Shown here: in pieces, positions 17,602 through 24,734 of the stretch
How the letters are laid out: each line of letters begins with the position of its first letter
How positions within the stretch are numbered: the first letter of the stretch is position 1
Origin: Candidatus Dojkabacteria bacterium
GTDB taxonomy: Bacteria > Patescibacteriota > Dojkabacteria > J137
DNA: 24,734 bases
Reading direction: 5' to 3'
Assembly: GCA_003694175.1 (NCBI GenBank)
Contig: RFKV01000056.1
Coordinates: 1 to 24,734 of the forward strand
The notes under the pieces: model-generated
Seen by the model: only the letters and a program-made list of their open reading frames with translations
Databases searched by the model: none
Told to the model about the DNA's origin: nothing
Made by a program: the position numbers and the translations under genes

Positions 17602-18785
17602 ATACTTACTAAAGCTGTAAATGTTAATATATCAGTGTATACACCTTGAGGGACTGACGATGATGATTTGGCTGATACTTCTAAAGCCACTCTGTTTGAT
17701 AAACCTGTTCTTGCCGATACATTAGAGCGAAAGATTTCAGCAGGAGGTGATAGAGCTCCAGGAACCATTCCTACATAACCGGGAGTTAATGAATTGAAAG
17801 GGGGAGTAGGTACAAAGCTACCAAACTCAGCAACACCCAAACTACTTATCCTAAGGCCATAACCACTTGGAACACTGACTGAATTTAGATTTCCATTTAC
17901 AGACTCAATGTAATTACTTCCTGCAACTAAACCTCCCGTTAAGTTGGATCGACTACTACGAACAAATACTTTTAAACCATTTGGTAAATTTGTGCCCACA
18001 TCTACACAAATAAAGTTAACATTTGGACCGCTTGTTACAACCATTCCAGGATAAAGAAATCCTAAGTCAACTGACGAAACTGAAACTTCTGTGCCGTTTG
18101 CACACCCACCACTAACTGTATCTAAATCAAGAATAATTGTACCCAAAATATTTGCAGATATACCAATTTGATCTCCGTCTGGAGTTGACGGATCATTTAA
18201 AATAACTACGGAAGCACGACCGGTATCAATACCTGATGCTGAACTCAAGTTTACAACAAAAGACTGGTCTACTGAAACGCTCGGAGTAATGATCTGGTTA
18301 TTAACTCCATTATCTAAAAATACTATTCTTACACACCTACCTGCAATTATACTGTCAGTTCCTGAAGTAAAGGATAAGGTTAGTCCAGACACCCCAAATC
18401 CCCAGGTTAAACCAGATGGTGCAGCACCAACGCTCTTGGAAGTGTAAGTCGCTGTATCACAATTGCCTGTGTTACCTTGCTCTAAAGTAACATCTGCGAA
18501 ATCAAAACCACTGCCTATAACAAAACCGGCAGGTAACATAATGTCAATACTCTGCCCTGAAGAAACCCCAGATGTAGCTACAAACCTAATGGATATAACC
18601 GATGGAGTACTCTCATTAATTCTGCTTAGATTTATGGATATAGACGAGAGCCTATCAGCATTTGATACATTTACTTTCGACAGGCAAAAGGAAAGGACGA
18701 CAAAACCAAATATGACAGTCAAAAAAATTCCTCTAAACAAGCTTAGACTAAGAGTCATTCTAAAAACACAAAGAATAATTTTCAA
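17598..18785 (-). CDS. Secreted beta-rich surface protein with WxL-like C-terminal domain
   Basis: Signal peptide, Ser/Thr/Gly/Val-rich beta content, TNLPNGLKVFV and terminal GVYTDILTFTA resembling the two WxL motifs. Alternative ATG start at 18758. The stop overlaps the pilin ATG (ATGA). Confidence 0.62.
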   Translation of the reverse strand: MKIILCVFRMTLSLSLFRGIFLTVIFGFVVLSFCLSKVNVSNADRLSSISINLSRINESTPSVISIRFVATSGVSSGQSIDIMLPAGFVIGSGFDFADVTLEQGNTGNCDTATYTSKSVGAAPSGLTWGFGVSGLTLSFTSGTDSIIAGRCVRIVFLDNGVNNQIITPSVSVDQSFVVNLSSASGIDTGRASVVILNDPSTPDGDQIGISANILGTIILDLDTVSGGCANGTEVSVSSVDLGFLYPGMVVTSGPNVNFICVDVGTNLPNGLKVFVRSSRSNLTGGLVAGSNYIESVNGNLNSVSVPSGYGLRISSLGVAEFGSFVPTPPFNSLTPGYVGMVPGALSPPAEIFRSNVSARTGLSNRVALEVSAKSSSSVPQGVYTDILTFTALVSI

Positions 18786-18823
18786 AAACTTTATCTTTAA
18801 TACGTAGGTTATTGTTTTCCTTT

Positions 18824-20041
18824 CTACTTGTTGTCTTCTCTATTTTTCTTCTGCTTATACCCACGCACAAGTTTATAATACACCAGCCCAAAAATTAGAA
18901 CAACAGTAAAGGCCAAATGAACTGGAAAAACAAAAAAACTAGTTGAAGTTTTAATAGGTGGCTGATTACCAACAAACAAGTTTAACTCGGCACTAAAAAA
19001 ACCAATCCTAAAATATCTAGCTTGATAAACTAAGTTTTCGAAGAAAGCGTTAATATTGTAGACGATAGCATAAAAAAAGTTCATAACTTTTTGATCAGCA
19101 TCCAAAAATTTAGGGACAGAGAAAAATAAAAATTTTTGATTTTGATCACCTAAACTGTCATACACATAAGGATAAGTAGAGACTACATCAGACTTAAGCT
19201 TGAGTAATTTACTCTGATCTTGCTTTAACTCTTCAGCATTTAAGTCTCTGTCAAAACCCTCTTCTGTAAACATTGAAAAATACTGTCTTGTTTTTTGAGG
19301 AAATAGTCTACTTCCTTCTGGATTGAACAATGTTCCGTCTTCTCGAATTTTTACCCCGTTTGAATAAATATATATAAATCCTTTGGGTACTACAAACACA
19401 TTACCGTTATTTTTTATACTAGTTTCAAACGTTACTGGCATTGATGTAAAAAAGAACTGATTGTTTTTAGTGCTAAAACTAAGCAATCTTGAGTCATAAA
19501 CTATTTCACCACCCAGATTAATAAAGATCAAATAAACTAATTCTTCACCTAAGGCTACCTGATTTTTTTTATTGTCTTGTGAATGAGAAATGGGATTAGT
19601 GCTTACCAAAATCCCAGCATAGTGCGCCCCGGGAGATGCACTTTGGGGTATGTCTACTAGATACTTAACCTCTACTACGTTACATCCATTACAATCACCA
19701 GAATTTAACGGCTTCCTGATTGACTCATTACCCAGTTTTATCCATTTGTCTAAAGTGTCAATTTCATAACTTACCTGATTTGAAACAATTGGAGCACCTG
19801 TAAAATCTTCAATCTCCAACCTCTTCACACCAAGATAGAGTACCTCAGGATCTTCATCATTAAATATGACATTAAATTTACCCTCATACTTATCCCCAGG
19901 CCTCAAAATTAGCCCAACTGAATTTCTGCTAGTGTTTGATAAGTCTAAGAGTGGTGGAGAAAGTATAACCGCACTAGTTAAGTTGGTAAGTGATATACTG
20001 AAGAAAAAAAACGCCAAAAGGCACGTTTTAAAAAATTTCAT
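18824..20041 (-). CDS. DUF916/DUF3324 (WxLIP/CscA-like) cell-surface protein with C-terminal TM anchor
   Basis: Signal peptide, LSPPLLDL, LRPGDKY, IP.SASPGAHYAGIL, IKNNGNV...PKG.I, then a C-terminal TM and basic tail (KKKNR). Confidence 0.75.
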   Translation of the reverse strand: MKFFKTCLLAFFFFSISLTNLTSAVILSPPLLDLSNTSRNSVGLILRPGDKYEGKFNVIFNDEDPEVLYLGVKRLEIEDFTGAPIVSNQVSYEIDTLDKWIKLGNESIRKPLNSGDCNGCNVVEVKYLVDIPQSASPGAHYAGILVSTNPISHSQDNKKNQVALGEELVYLIFINLGGEIVYDSRLLSFSTKNNQFFFTSMPVTFETSIKNNGNVFVVPKGFIYIYSNGVKIREDGTLFNPEGSRLFPQKTRQYFSMFTEEGFDRDLNAEELKQDQSKLLKLKSDVVSTYPYVYDSLGDQNQKFLFFSVPKFLDADQKVMNFFYAIVYNINAFFENLVYQARYFRIGFFSAELNLFVGNQPPIKTSTSFFVFPVHLAFTVVLIFGLVYYKLVRGYKQKKNREDNK

Positions 20042-20160
20042 AGAGCAAATACGTACGACTTAAAAATTTAATCAAACCGACAAAAACGTATAAGCAAACA
20101 AACTTCGACTATAATAGCACAAAATTGTATTTAAATTAATTTCTTTAGTAAGTTTATGAT

Positions 20161-21252
20161 ATGAATAGAAAAAAAAAGGTTTTTCTAGCACTTTCAGGTG
20201 GTGTTGACTCGGCTGTTTCTGCAGTACTTCTCAAGCAAGAGGGATATGAAGTAGTTGGAGTATTCATGAAAAATTGGTCTGGAGATGATTATGGTATACA
20301 GAAAGATTGTCCCTGGGAAAAAGATCAAAGGGATGCTGAGGAAGTTTGTAAAACCATTGGAATAGGATTCATGTCTGTAAATTTTGAAAAAGAGTATAGG
20401 GAAAAAGTTATAAGTTACTTTTTTGAGGAGTATCGTAAAGGAAGAACTCCAAATCCTGACGTGATGTGTAATAAAGAAATAAAATTCAAACTTTTTTTCA
20501 AAAAATCGTTAGAGCTTGGTTTTGATTACATAGCAACAGGACACTATGCAAGGAAAAAGTTCGAAGTTACCGAACACAAACTATTAAAAGGTCTTGATAA
20601 AAACAAAGATCAGTCGTATTTCTTGTATAACATAAATCAAGAAATTTTGTCTAGAACTCTCTTTCCAATTGGTGAACTACAAAAAACCGAAGTCAGAACA
20701 CTAGCACAAAAATTTAATCTTCCTAACGCATATAAGCCAGACAGTCAGGGTATATGCTTTATCGGAGAAATAAACGTTTTGAAGTTCTTAATGTCGAAAC
20801 TCCCAATCAAACCTGGAGACATTGTTGATATAGACACAATGAAAAAAGTTGGAGAGCATAAAGGCTCATATTTTTATACAATAGGACAAAGAGAGGGTCT
20901 TGGCATTGGTGGCCAGAAAGTGCCATACTTCGTTGTAGCTAAAGATCAGGAAAAAAACATAATCTATGTTGGACATGGGCAAAATCATCCTGCACTAATG
21001 AAAACTATCGTAAAATTGGAATCAATTCACTTTGTATCGGAAAAATATAAAAAATTTTTTGAAAACAATGGATTTCTTAAATGCGAGGCCAGCACACGAT
21101 ATAGACAGTTACCATCTCCTGGAACATTACTCACAGAAAACCATCAGATACTCTTCAAATTCGAGACACCACAAAGAGCAACTGCCCCTGGACAGAGCCT
21201 GGTGATCTATCTTTCCGATGAATGCTTAGGAGGGGGGATAATAAAAGAGTAA
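20161..21252 (+). CDS. mnmA: tRNA-specific 2-thiouridylase MnmA
   Basis: ALSGGVDS, GRTPNPDVMCN, IATGHYA, KDQSYFL, DSQGICFIG, YTIGQR.GL, APGQS. Confidence 0.98.
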   Translation: MNRKKKVFLALSGGVDSAVSAVLLKQEGYEVVGVFMKNWSGDDYGIQKDCPWEKDQRDAEEVCKTIGIGFMSVNFEKEYREKVISYFFEEYRKGRTPNPDVMCNKEIKFKLFFKKSLELGFDYIATGHYARKKFEVTEHKLLKGLDKNKDQSYFLYNINQEILSRTLFPIGELQKTEVRTLAQKFNLPNAYKPDSQGICFIGEINVLKFLMSKLPIKPGDIVDIDTMKKVGEHKGSYFYTIGQREGLGIGGQKVPYFVVAKDQEKNIIYVGHGQNHPALMKTIVKLESIHFVSEKYKKFFENNGFLKCEASTRYRQLPSPGTLLTENHQILFKFETPQRATAPGQSLVIYLSDECLGGGIIKE

Positions 21253-21419
21253 ACTTACCCGCTAGTCAAAAAAACTTAAAACACTGTTTAAGCAAAACAA
21301 AAAACAAAAGTTCAATAAGCTCAAAATTTACTTCCACCAACTGATCCTGATCAAGCCGCAGAAATCCAATTAAACTGTAAAAAATTCTTCACAGAAAAGG
21401 CCAATTGACATCGATTATT

Positions 21420-22241
21420 TTAATCATTATAAGAAATCACCCATACAACTTCTACATTTACTTCAACTGACAATTGCCCTGACGAAAAAGATGTCTGAAA
21501 CGTATCAAACGTCCTAAGAGGCATCGAAGAATCATATTTAAACGGAACAACTGGATAATTTGATTCACCCTGTGAATCTCTAATAGACAAAGGTTTTAAA
21601 AGTTTCACTTTTCCAAGACTAGCTAACTGTGAAGCCTTTTTTTCTGCTTCTTTAAAAGCAAGATCTCTTGCTTGGTTGAACAAGTTTTCTTTATCTTCAA
21701 TATCGAAAGTGACCCCTCCAAAATTAATCTCGGGTATGACAACAAGCTTATCAATAAGCTCGGATACTTTTTTTGCAGTGCTATCTAAACCTTTTACCTT
21801 AACTGATAAAGTCATACTGGCTCTATGACCAAGAATCTTTCTTTGGTTCGTGGAATAATCATATTCAGGATATATCTCAAATTGTGAAGTTTTAACATCT
21901 GAGTCACCAACGCCAGAACTTAGTATTATTTCTTTTGCTTTACTGACCTTTTGATTAAGTTTAGATATAGCTTGTTCGGAACTGTTACCTAACTCAGAAA
22001 AAGATATAGTAATGTTAGCAAGATCTGGAGTACCAAATACTTTTCCTGAGCCATTCACGGTAATCGTGGCAGGGGATGAACGATTTACAAAATCGGATAT
22101 GGCTGAGGAGTTTGAAAAGAAAAAAGAGCCAAAGACTATCAACAATGTACAAACCACAATTGTTGAACATAAGAGAAAAAGAAACACAATTAAAATTAGA
22201 ATTGGGTAATTCGGTCTTAAATTTTTTAAAATACGCTCCAT
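21420..22241 (-). CDS. SIMPL domain (DUF541) protein
   Basis: ITVNGSGKVFGTPDLANI, DVKTSQFEIYPEYDY, AFKEAEKKASQLA..G.VKL, terminal V.VNVEVVW. Confidence 0.93.
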   Translation of the reverse strand: MERILKNLRPNYPILILIVFLFLLCSTIVVCTLLIVFGSFFFSNSSAISDFVNRSSPATITVNGSGKVFGTPDLANITISFSELGNSSEQAISKLNQKVSKAKEIILSSGVGDSDVKTSQFEIYPEYDYSTNQRKILGHRASMTLSVKVKGLDSTAKKVSELIDKLVVIPEINFGGVTFDIEDKENLFNQARDLAFKEAEKKASQLASLGKVKLLKPLSIRDSQGESNYPVVPFKYDSSMPLRTFDTFQTSFSSGQLSVEVNVEVVWVISYND

Positions 22242-22266
22242 TCTTAAGTTAAATCTAAAAAACTAA
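22104..22266 (-). repeat. Copy A of a diverged direct repeat (5' leader plus signal-anchor coding region)
   Basis: Aligns by eye with 24571-24719, with shared blocks such as tgaggagtttga, aaagactatca, caatgtac, aaccacaa, acaattaaaat, gggtaattc and ttaaatct.aaaaactaa. Confidence 0.88.
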
Positions 22267-22274
22267 ATTACCAA

Positions 22275-22283
22275 ATTTTAACA
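22275..22283 (-). promoter_or_regulatory. Extended -10 element (TGTTAAAAT) upstream of the SIMPL gene
   Basis: The reverse complement of 22275-22283 is TGn-TAAAAT, 33 nt upstream of the ATG at 22241. Confidence 0.4.
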
Positions 22284-22352
22284 ATAAACTCAGAATTAAT
22301 CAATATCGCAACTTTAATTTTGCATTAACGAAGATAGCCAAGAAGTGTTTAT

Positions 22353-22584
22353 TCAGATTGTCTTTTAAATAGCCTCAACCAGTAAAAATAAATTTAGCAA
22401 GTAAATCACAAAGTTTTACTAACATAAACTCAATTAATTCAGAAAAACTAAAGACTCTCCACCAAATTACTACTTAAAATAAAAGCCGCAGCTTAAAAAG
22501 CCAGTTGAAGACAAAAATACAAAATTTACCTTAAACTTTTTAGTAAATTTAAGAAGTCTATAAGTCAAGCATAAGACAATCTGA
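22353..22584. repeat. 12-bp perfect inverted repeat pair in the long intergenic region
   Basis: TCAGATTGTCTT at 22353-22364 and AAGACAATCTGA at 22573-22584. Confidence 0.6.
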
Positions 22585-23001
22585 TATTTTCTGCTTAGAC
22601 ATAAAACGCTCGCCCAATTGAGCTGATAAGCTAAATGGAGATTTTATTCCAAATACCTTTTTAAACACAACACTAAAATATAGAATTACGTCAGATCATA
22701 AACGCAAATTTATATAGAAAAATTCAACATTAAGTCATTATTTACAAAAAACAAATCCTCAATTCGAAACAAATATATAAGACAACTTATAAAAAAAATC
22801 AAATCCCAGCAAAGTAAAAAACCCTAATCACTAAACCTAAATTATCATTGCTTACTTATATGTATTTCCATTCAAAATCAAACTTTTTCCTGTGCTTCAA
22901 TTAATTAATAAAACTATCATAAGCTAAGCAATCTGAACTCAAAATGTAATGATAATCTTTTAAAAATCCATCCATAACTGAGATCATAGAAACAAACTCT
23001 A

Positions 23002-24696
23002 CTAGCTTGATCTTATTGCTCTATCTAATTCCTCAAATCTCTCATTACCTTTTCTTATTATTTCATAAGTCAAATTCATTGGATCAATAGGAACACCGGT
23101 GTTGTAATCTTTAACATTTATTACGTAAACGAAATCTTCTAAGTTAAAAATTAAAAAATATCCGTCGTACTCTACTCCTGGCAGTGCTGACCCAAACTTA
23201 GTCGGCTGTTTTATCGCAGTTATGTTCTGATCAGATGTGTTTAACACCACATTAACTGGATCACCATTAATGTTATACCGATACTTTACAACCTTGTTTA
23301 CATCCTTAGTTTGATACACATTAACATTAACATACTCGTTACTGTTCTCATTTAGGAAACTATAACCTGCAACCCTGGGAACCTCTTTGCTTGATATCCA
23401 ATACTTCTTGTTGTAATCAAAAAACTTATCTCCAAACTCACCTTCCGGATAGAAATTTCTATCAGATATGTGGCTTGGCGTGTTAGAAATATCTCCAAAA
23501 GGACCTACTAAAGTTGTGTGTCCCAATTTGAAATTCGAACCATCACGTCCCCTAGGTCTGACAAACACAAAGTTAGCAGTATCATAATACTTCAGAGCTT
23601 CAGTTCTGACTTTCTGCCAGTCATAAGCTCCACTGTCACCATATGACACATTTCTTACATCAACACTTGGATAATCGAATTGGAATAACCGTTCCGCCTC
23701 GTCCCTTGATATTTTTTTACTTTCGACTCTAATATCTCTAGTTAAAACTATGTCATCCGCACTAGTACCACCTAGAAGGATCACAGATCGCAAAAGCTGA
23801 AAATCTTTGGAATCTATAAACATGTCCTCTACAAGATCATAAAGCTGCGTAGTAGGTTGTTGACCAACAACACTCCAAATATCAGGCTCTGTACAAGGAA
23901 AACTAGATATGCTACTAATTATATAAGCATTTCTACCATCTATTTTAGTCTCGCCATGTAAATCTACATTAGAGCCGAATATCGCTTTAATTTTTTCCTC
24001 TAAACTCATTTGATCGTAACCTCTATTCGTTTTCGATAAGTCTCGTGGAAAGGGAAGAGACTGTGGTGGGGTAAGAGTCTTGACGGCATACTTACCACCA
24101 CTGTAATCTATCCTCTCACTACTCCCGTCGCTCGAATTTTTAATCAATGAGTATTCAAAAACCATTCCATTTTGATTTTTTGTATGTGATTTAATCATCT
24201 CAAAGCCCTCATCTCGGTAGACCGAATACGTACTTACTGAAGATGTATATAGTGAACTACTTAACAAAGGGCTTTCCAATTCTAGTAGAGCCTTGCAACT
24301 AGAACTTTTTGGCCCTGTTGACGAAGAAATTGATACAATCAAGAGGTTATCATTCTCATTATTCAGCAAGCTTTCAACCGAATTAATCCTTTCAGGACTT
24401 GTACTTCTGACGACTTTAAGTCTTGAAGCAATATCACTTATCAAAATCCTTTCGAAGATTTCATTCTTTTCTGATTCTGAGAACGCCTTTGCACCAACCC
24501 TAGTCTCTTTAACGCCTAATCTCAAATTTTCCTCTCTTACTACACTTTCTACACTTTGACCTACTAAGGATGAGGAGTTTGAGAAGAAACTAGAGCTAAA
24601 GACTATCAGCAATGTACTAACCACAACTGTTAAACACACAAGGAAAACAATTAAAATCGGGTAATTCAACTTTAAATTTTTAAATACATGCTTCAT
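23002..24696 (-). CDS. Hypothetical membrane-anchored exported protein, central region possibly LolA/RseB-like
   Basis: 564-aa ORF with N-terminal TM. GETKIDGRNAYII, MFIDSKDFQLLR and LFQFDYP resemble LolA-superfamily motifs; this match is weak. Confidence 0.7.
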   Translation of the reverse strand: MKHVFKNLKLNYPILIVFLVCLTVVVSTLLIVFSSSFFSNSSSLVGQSVESVVREENLRLGVKETRVGAKAFSESEKNEIFERILISDIASRLKVVRSTSPERINSVESLLNNENDNLLIVSISSSTGPKSSSCKALLELESPLLSSSLYTSSVSTYSVYRDEGFEMIKSHTKNQNGMVFEYSLIKNSSDGSSERIDYSGGKYAVKTLTPPQSLPFPRDLSKTNRGYDQMSLEEKIKAIFGSNVDLHGETKIDGRNAYIISSISSFPCTEPDIWSVVGQQPTTQLYDLVEDMFIDSKDFQLLRSVILLGGTSADDIVLTRDIRVESKKISRDEAERLFQFDYPSVDVRNVSYGDSGAYDWQKVRTEALKYYDTANFVFVRPRGRDGSNFKLGHTTLVGPFGDISNTPSHISDRNFYPEGEFGDKFFDYNKKYWISSKEVPRVAGYSFLNENSNEYVNVNVYQTKDVNKVVKYRYNINGDPVNVVLNTSDQNITAIKQPTKFGSALPGVEYDGYFLIFNLEDFVYVINVKDYNTGVPIDPMNLTYEIIRKGNERFEELDRAIRSS

Positions 24697-24719
24697 ATAA
24701 TTTAAATCTTAAAAACTAA
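24571..24719 (-). repeat. Copy B of the diverged direct repeat (5' leader plus signal-anchor coding region)
   Basis: Homologous to 22104-22266. The encoded N-termini share 30 of 42 aligned residues by hand alignment. Confidence 0.88.
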
Positions 24720-24734
24720 TAAACAATTGTATTT

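Noticed and set aside
8621-20177. A9 tracts (8621-8629 in the b5 gene, 20169-20177 in mnmA) and several A8/T8 runs as phase-variation switches
   Set aside because: Such runs are expected in Lys-rich AT-rich coding DNA, all frames are intact, and one lies in a housekeeping gene.
22821-22840. ccctaa/cactaa/acctaa telomere-like mini-repeat
   Set aside because: Three imperfect units in AT-rich DNA; consistent with chance.
22242-23001. Replication origin, CRISPR array, or known structured RNA (rnpB, tmRNA, SRP) in the long gap
   Set aside because: I saw no TTATCCACA boxes, no regularly spaced repeats and no GC-rich helices or conserved RNA motifs. A covariance-model search is needed to exclude divergent RNAs.
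1737-24559. Many short overlapping ORFs in the track (e.g. 1737-1958, 1777-1965, 3831-4109, 8336-8524, 8854-9255, 9361-9603, 10490-10684, 11531-11752, 12346-12546, 13533-13844, 14295-14654, 14905-15204, 15493-15696, 15769-16053, 16341-16568, 16807-17055, 16854-17042, 18463-18807, 19866-20063, 22012-22209, 24293-24559)
   Set aside because: They lie antisense or out of frame within well-supported genes and show no recognisable motifs. Treated as shadow ORFs.
54-24696. Alternative genetic code (TGA=Gly, as in Gracilibacteria/Absconditabacteria)
   Set aside because: TGA falls at the expected C-termini of conserved proteins (GpmI, Map, SerRS), and no conserved gene is interrupted by TGA.

Overview
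A compact, AT-rich bacterial chromosome segment using genetic code 11 (TGA ends tpiA, gpmI, map and other conserved genes). The gene set points to a Patescibacteria/CPR organism, plausibly Dojkabacteria/WWE3/Microgenomates-like; this taxonomy is inference. In order: a GT2 glycosyltransferase, serS, a mosaic glycolytic cluster (pgk, pfkA, archaeal-type tpiA, gpmI), an envelope/export cluster (FKBP PPIase, lepB, membrane-anchored cytochrome b5-like protein, PrgI-family fusion), then tRNA-Leu(TAA), secG, an orphan family-5 solute-binding protein and map. After these come a VanW-family protein, a second and highly degenerate PGK-fold gene, a three-gene surface operon (DUF916/WxLIP-like, WxL-like, 499-aa Cys-rich VirB2/TrbC-type pilin), mnmA, a SIMPL protein, 760 bp of non-coding DNA and a 564-aa unknown membrane-anchored protein. 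The best leads are: (1) an intact PGK paralog with its own promoter, whose 3-PG-binding basic patch is erased and partly charge-inverted; (2) the WxLIP-WxL-giant pilin operon; (3) a duplicated 5' leader plus signal-anchor cassette shared by two unrelated genes; (4) scattered T4SS-like parts (VirB3-like PrgI, VirB2-like pilin, S26 peptidase) with no ATPase or mobile element in view. I found no CRISPR array, rRNA, integrase or transposase. All family calls come from motif recognition by eye; no database searches were run.
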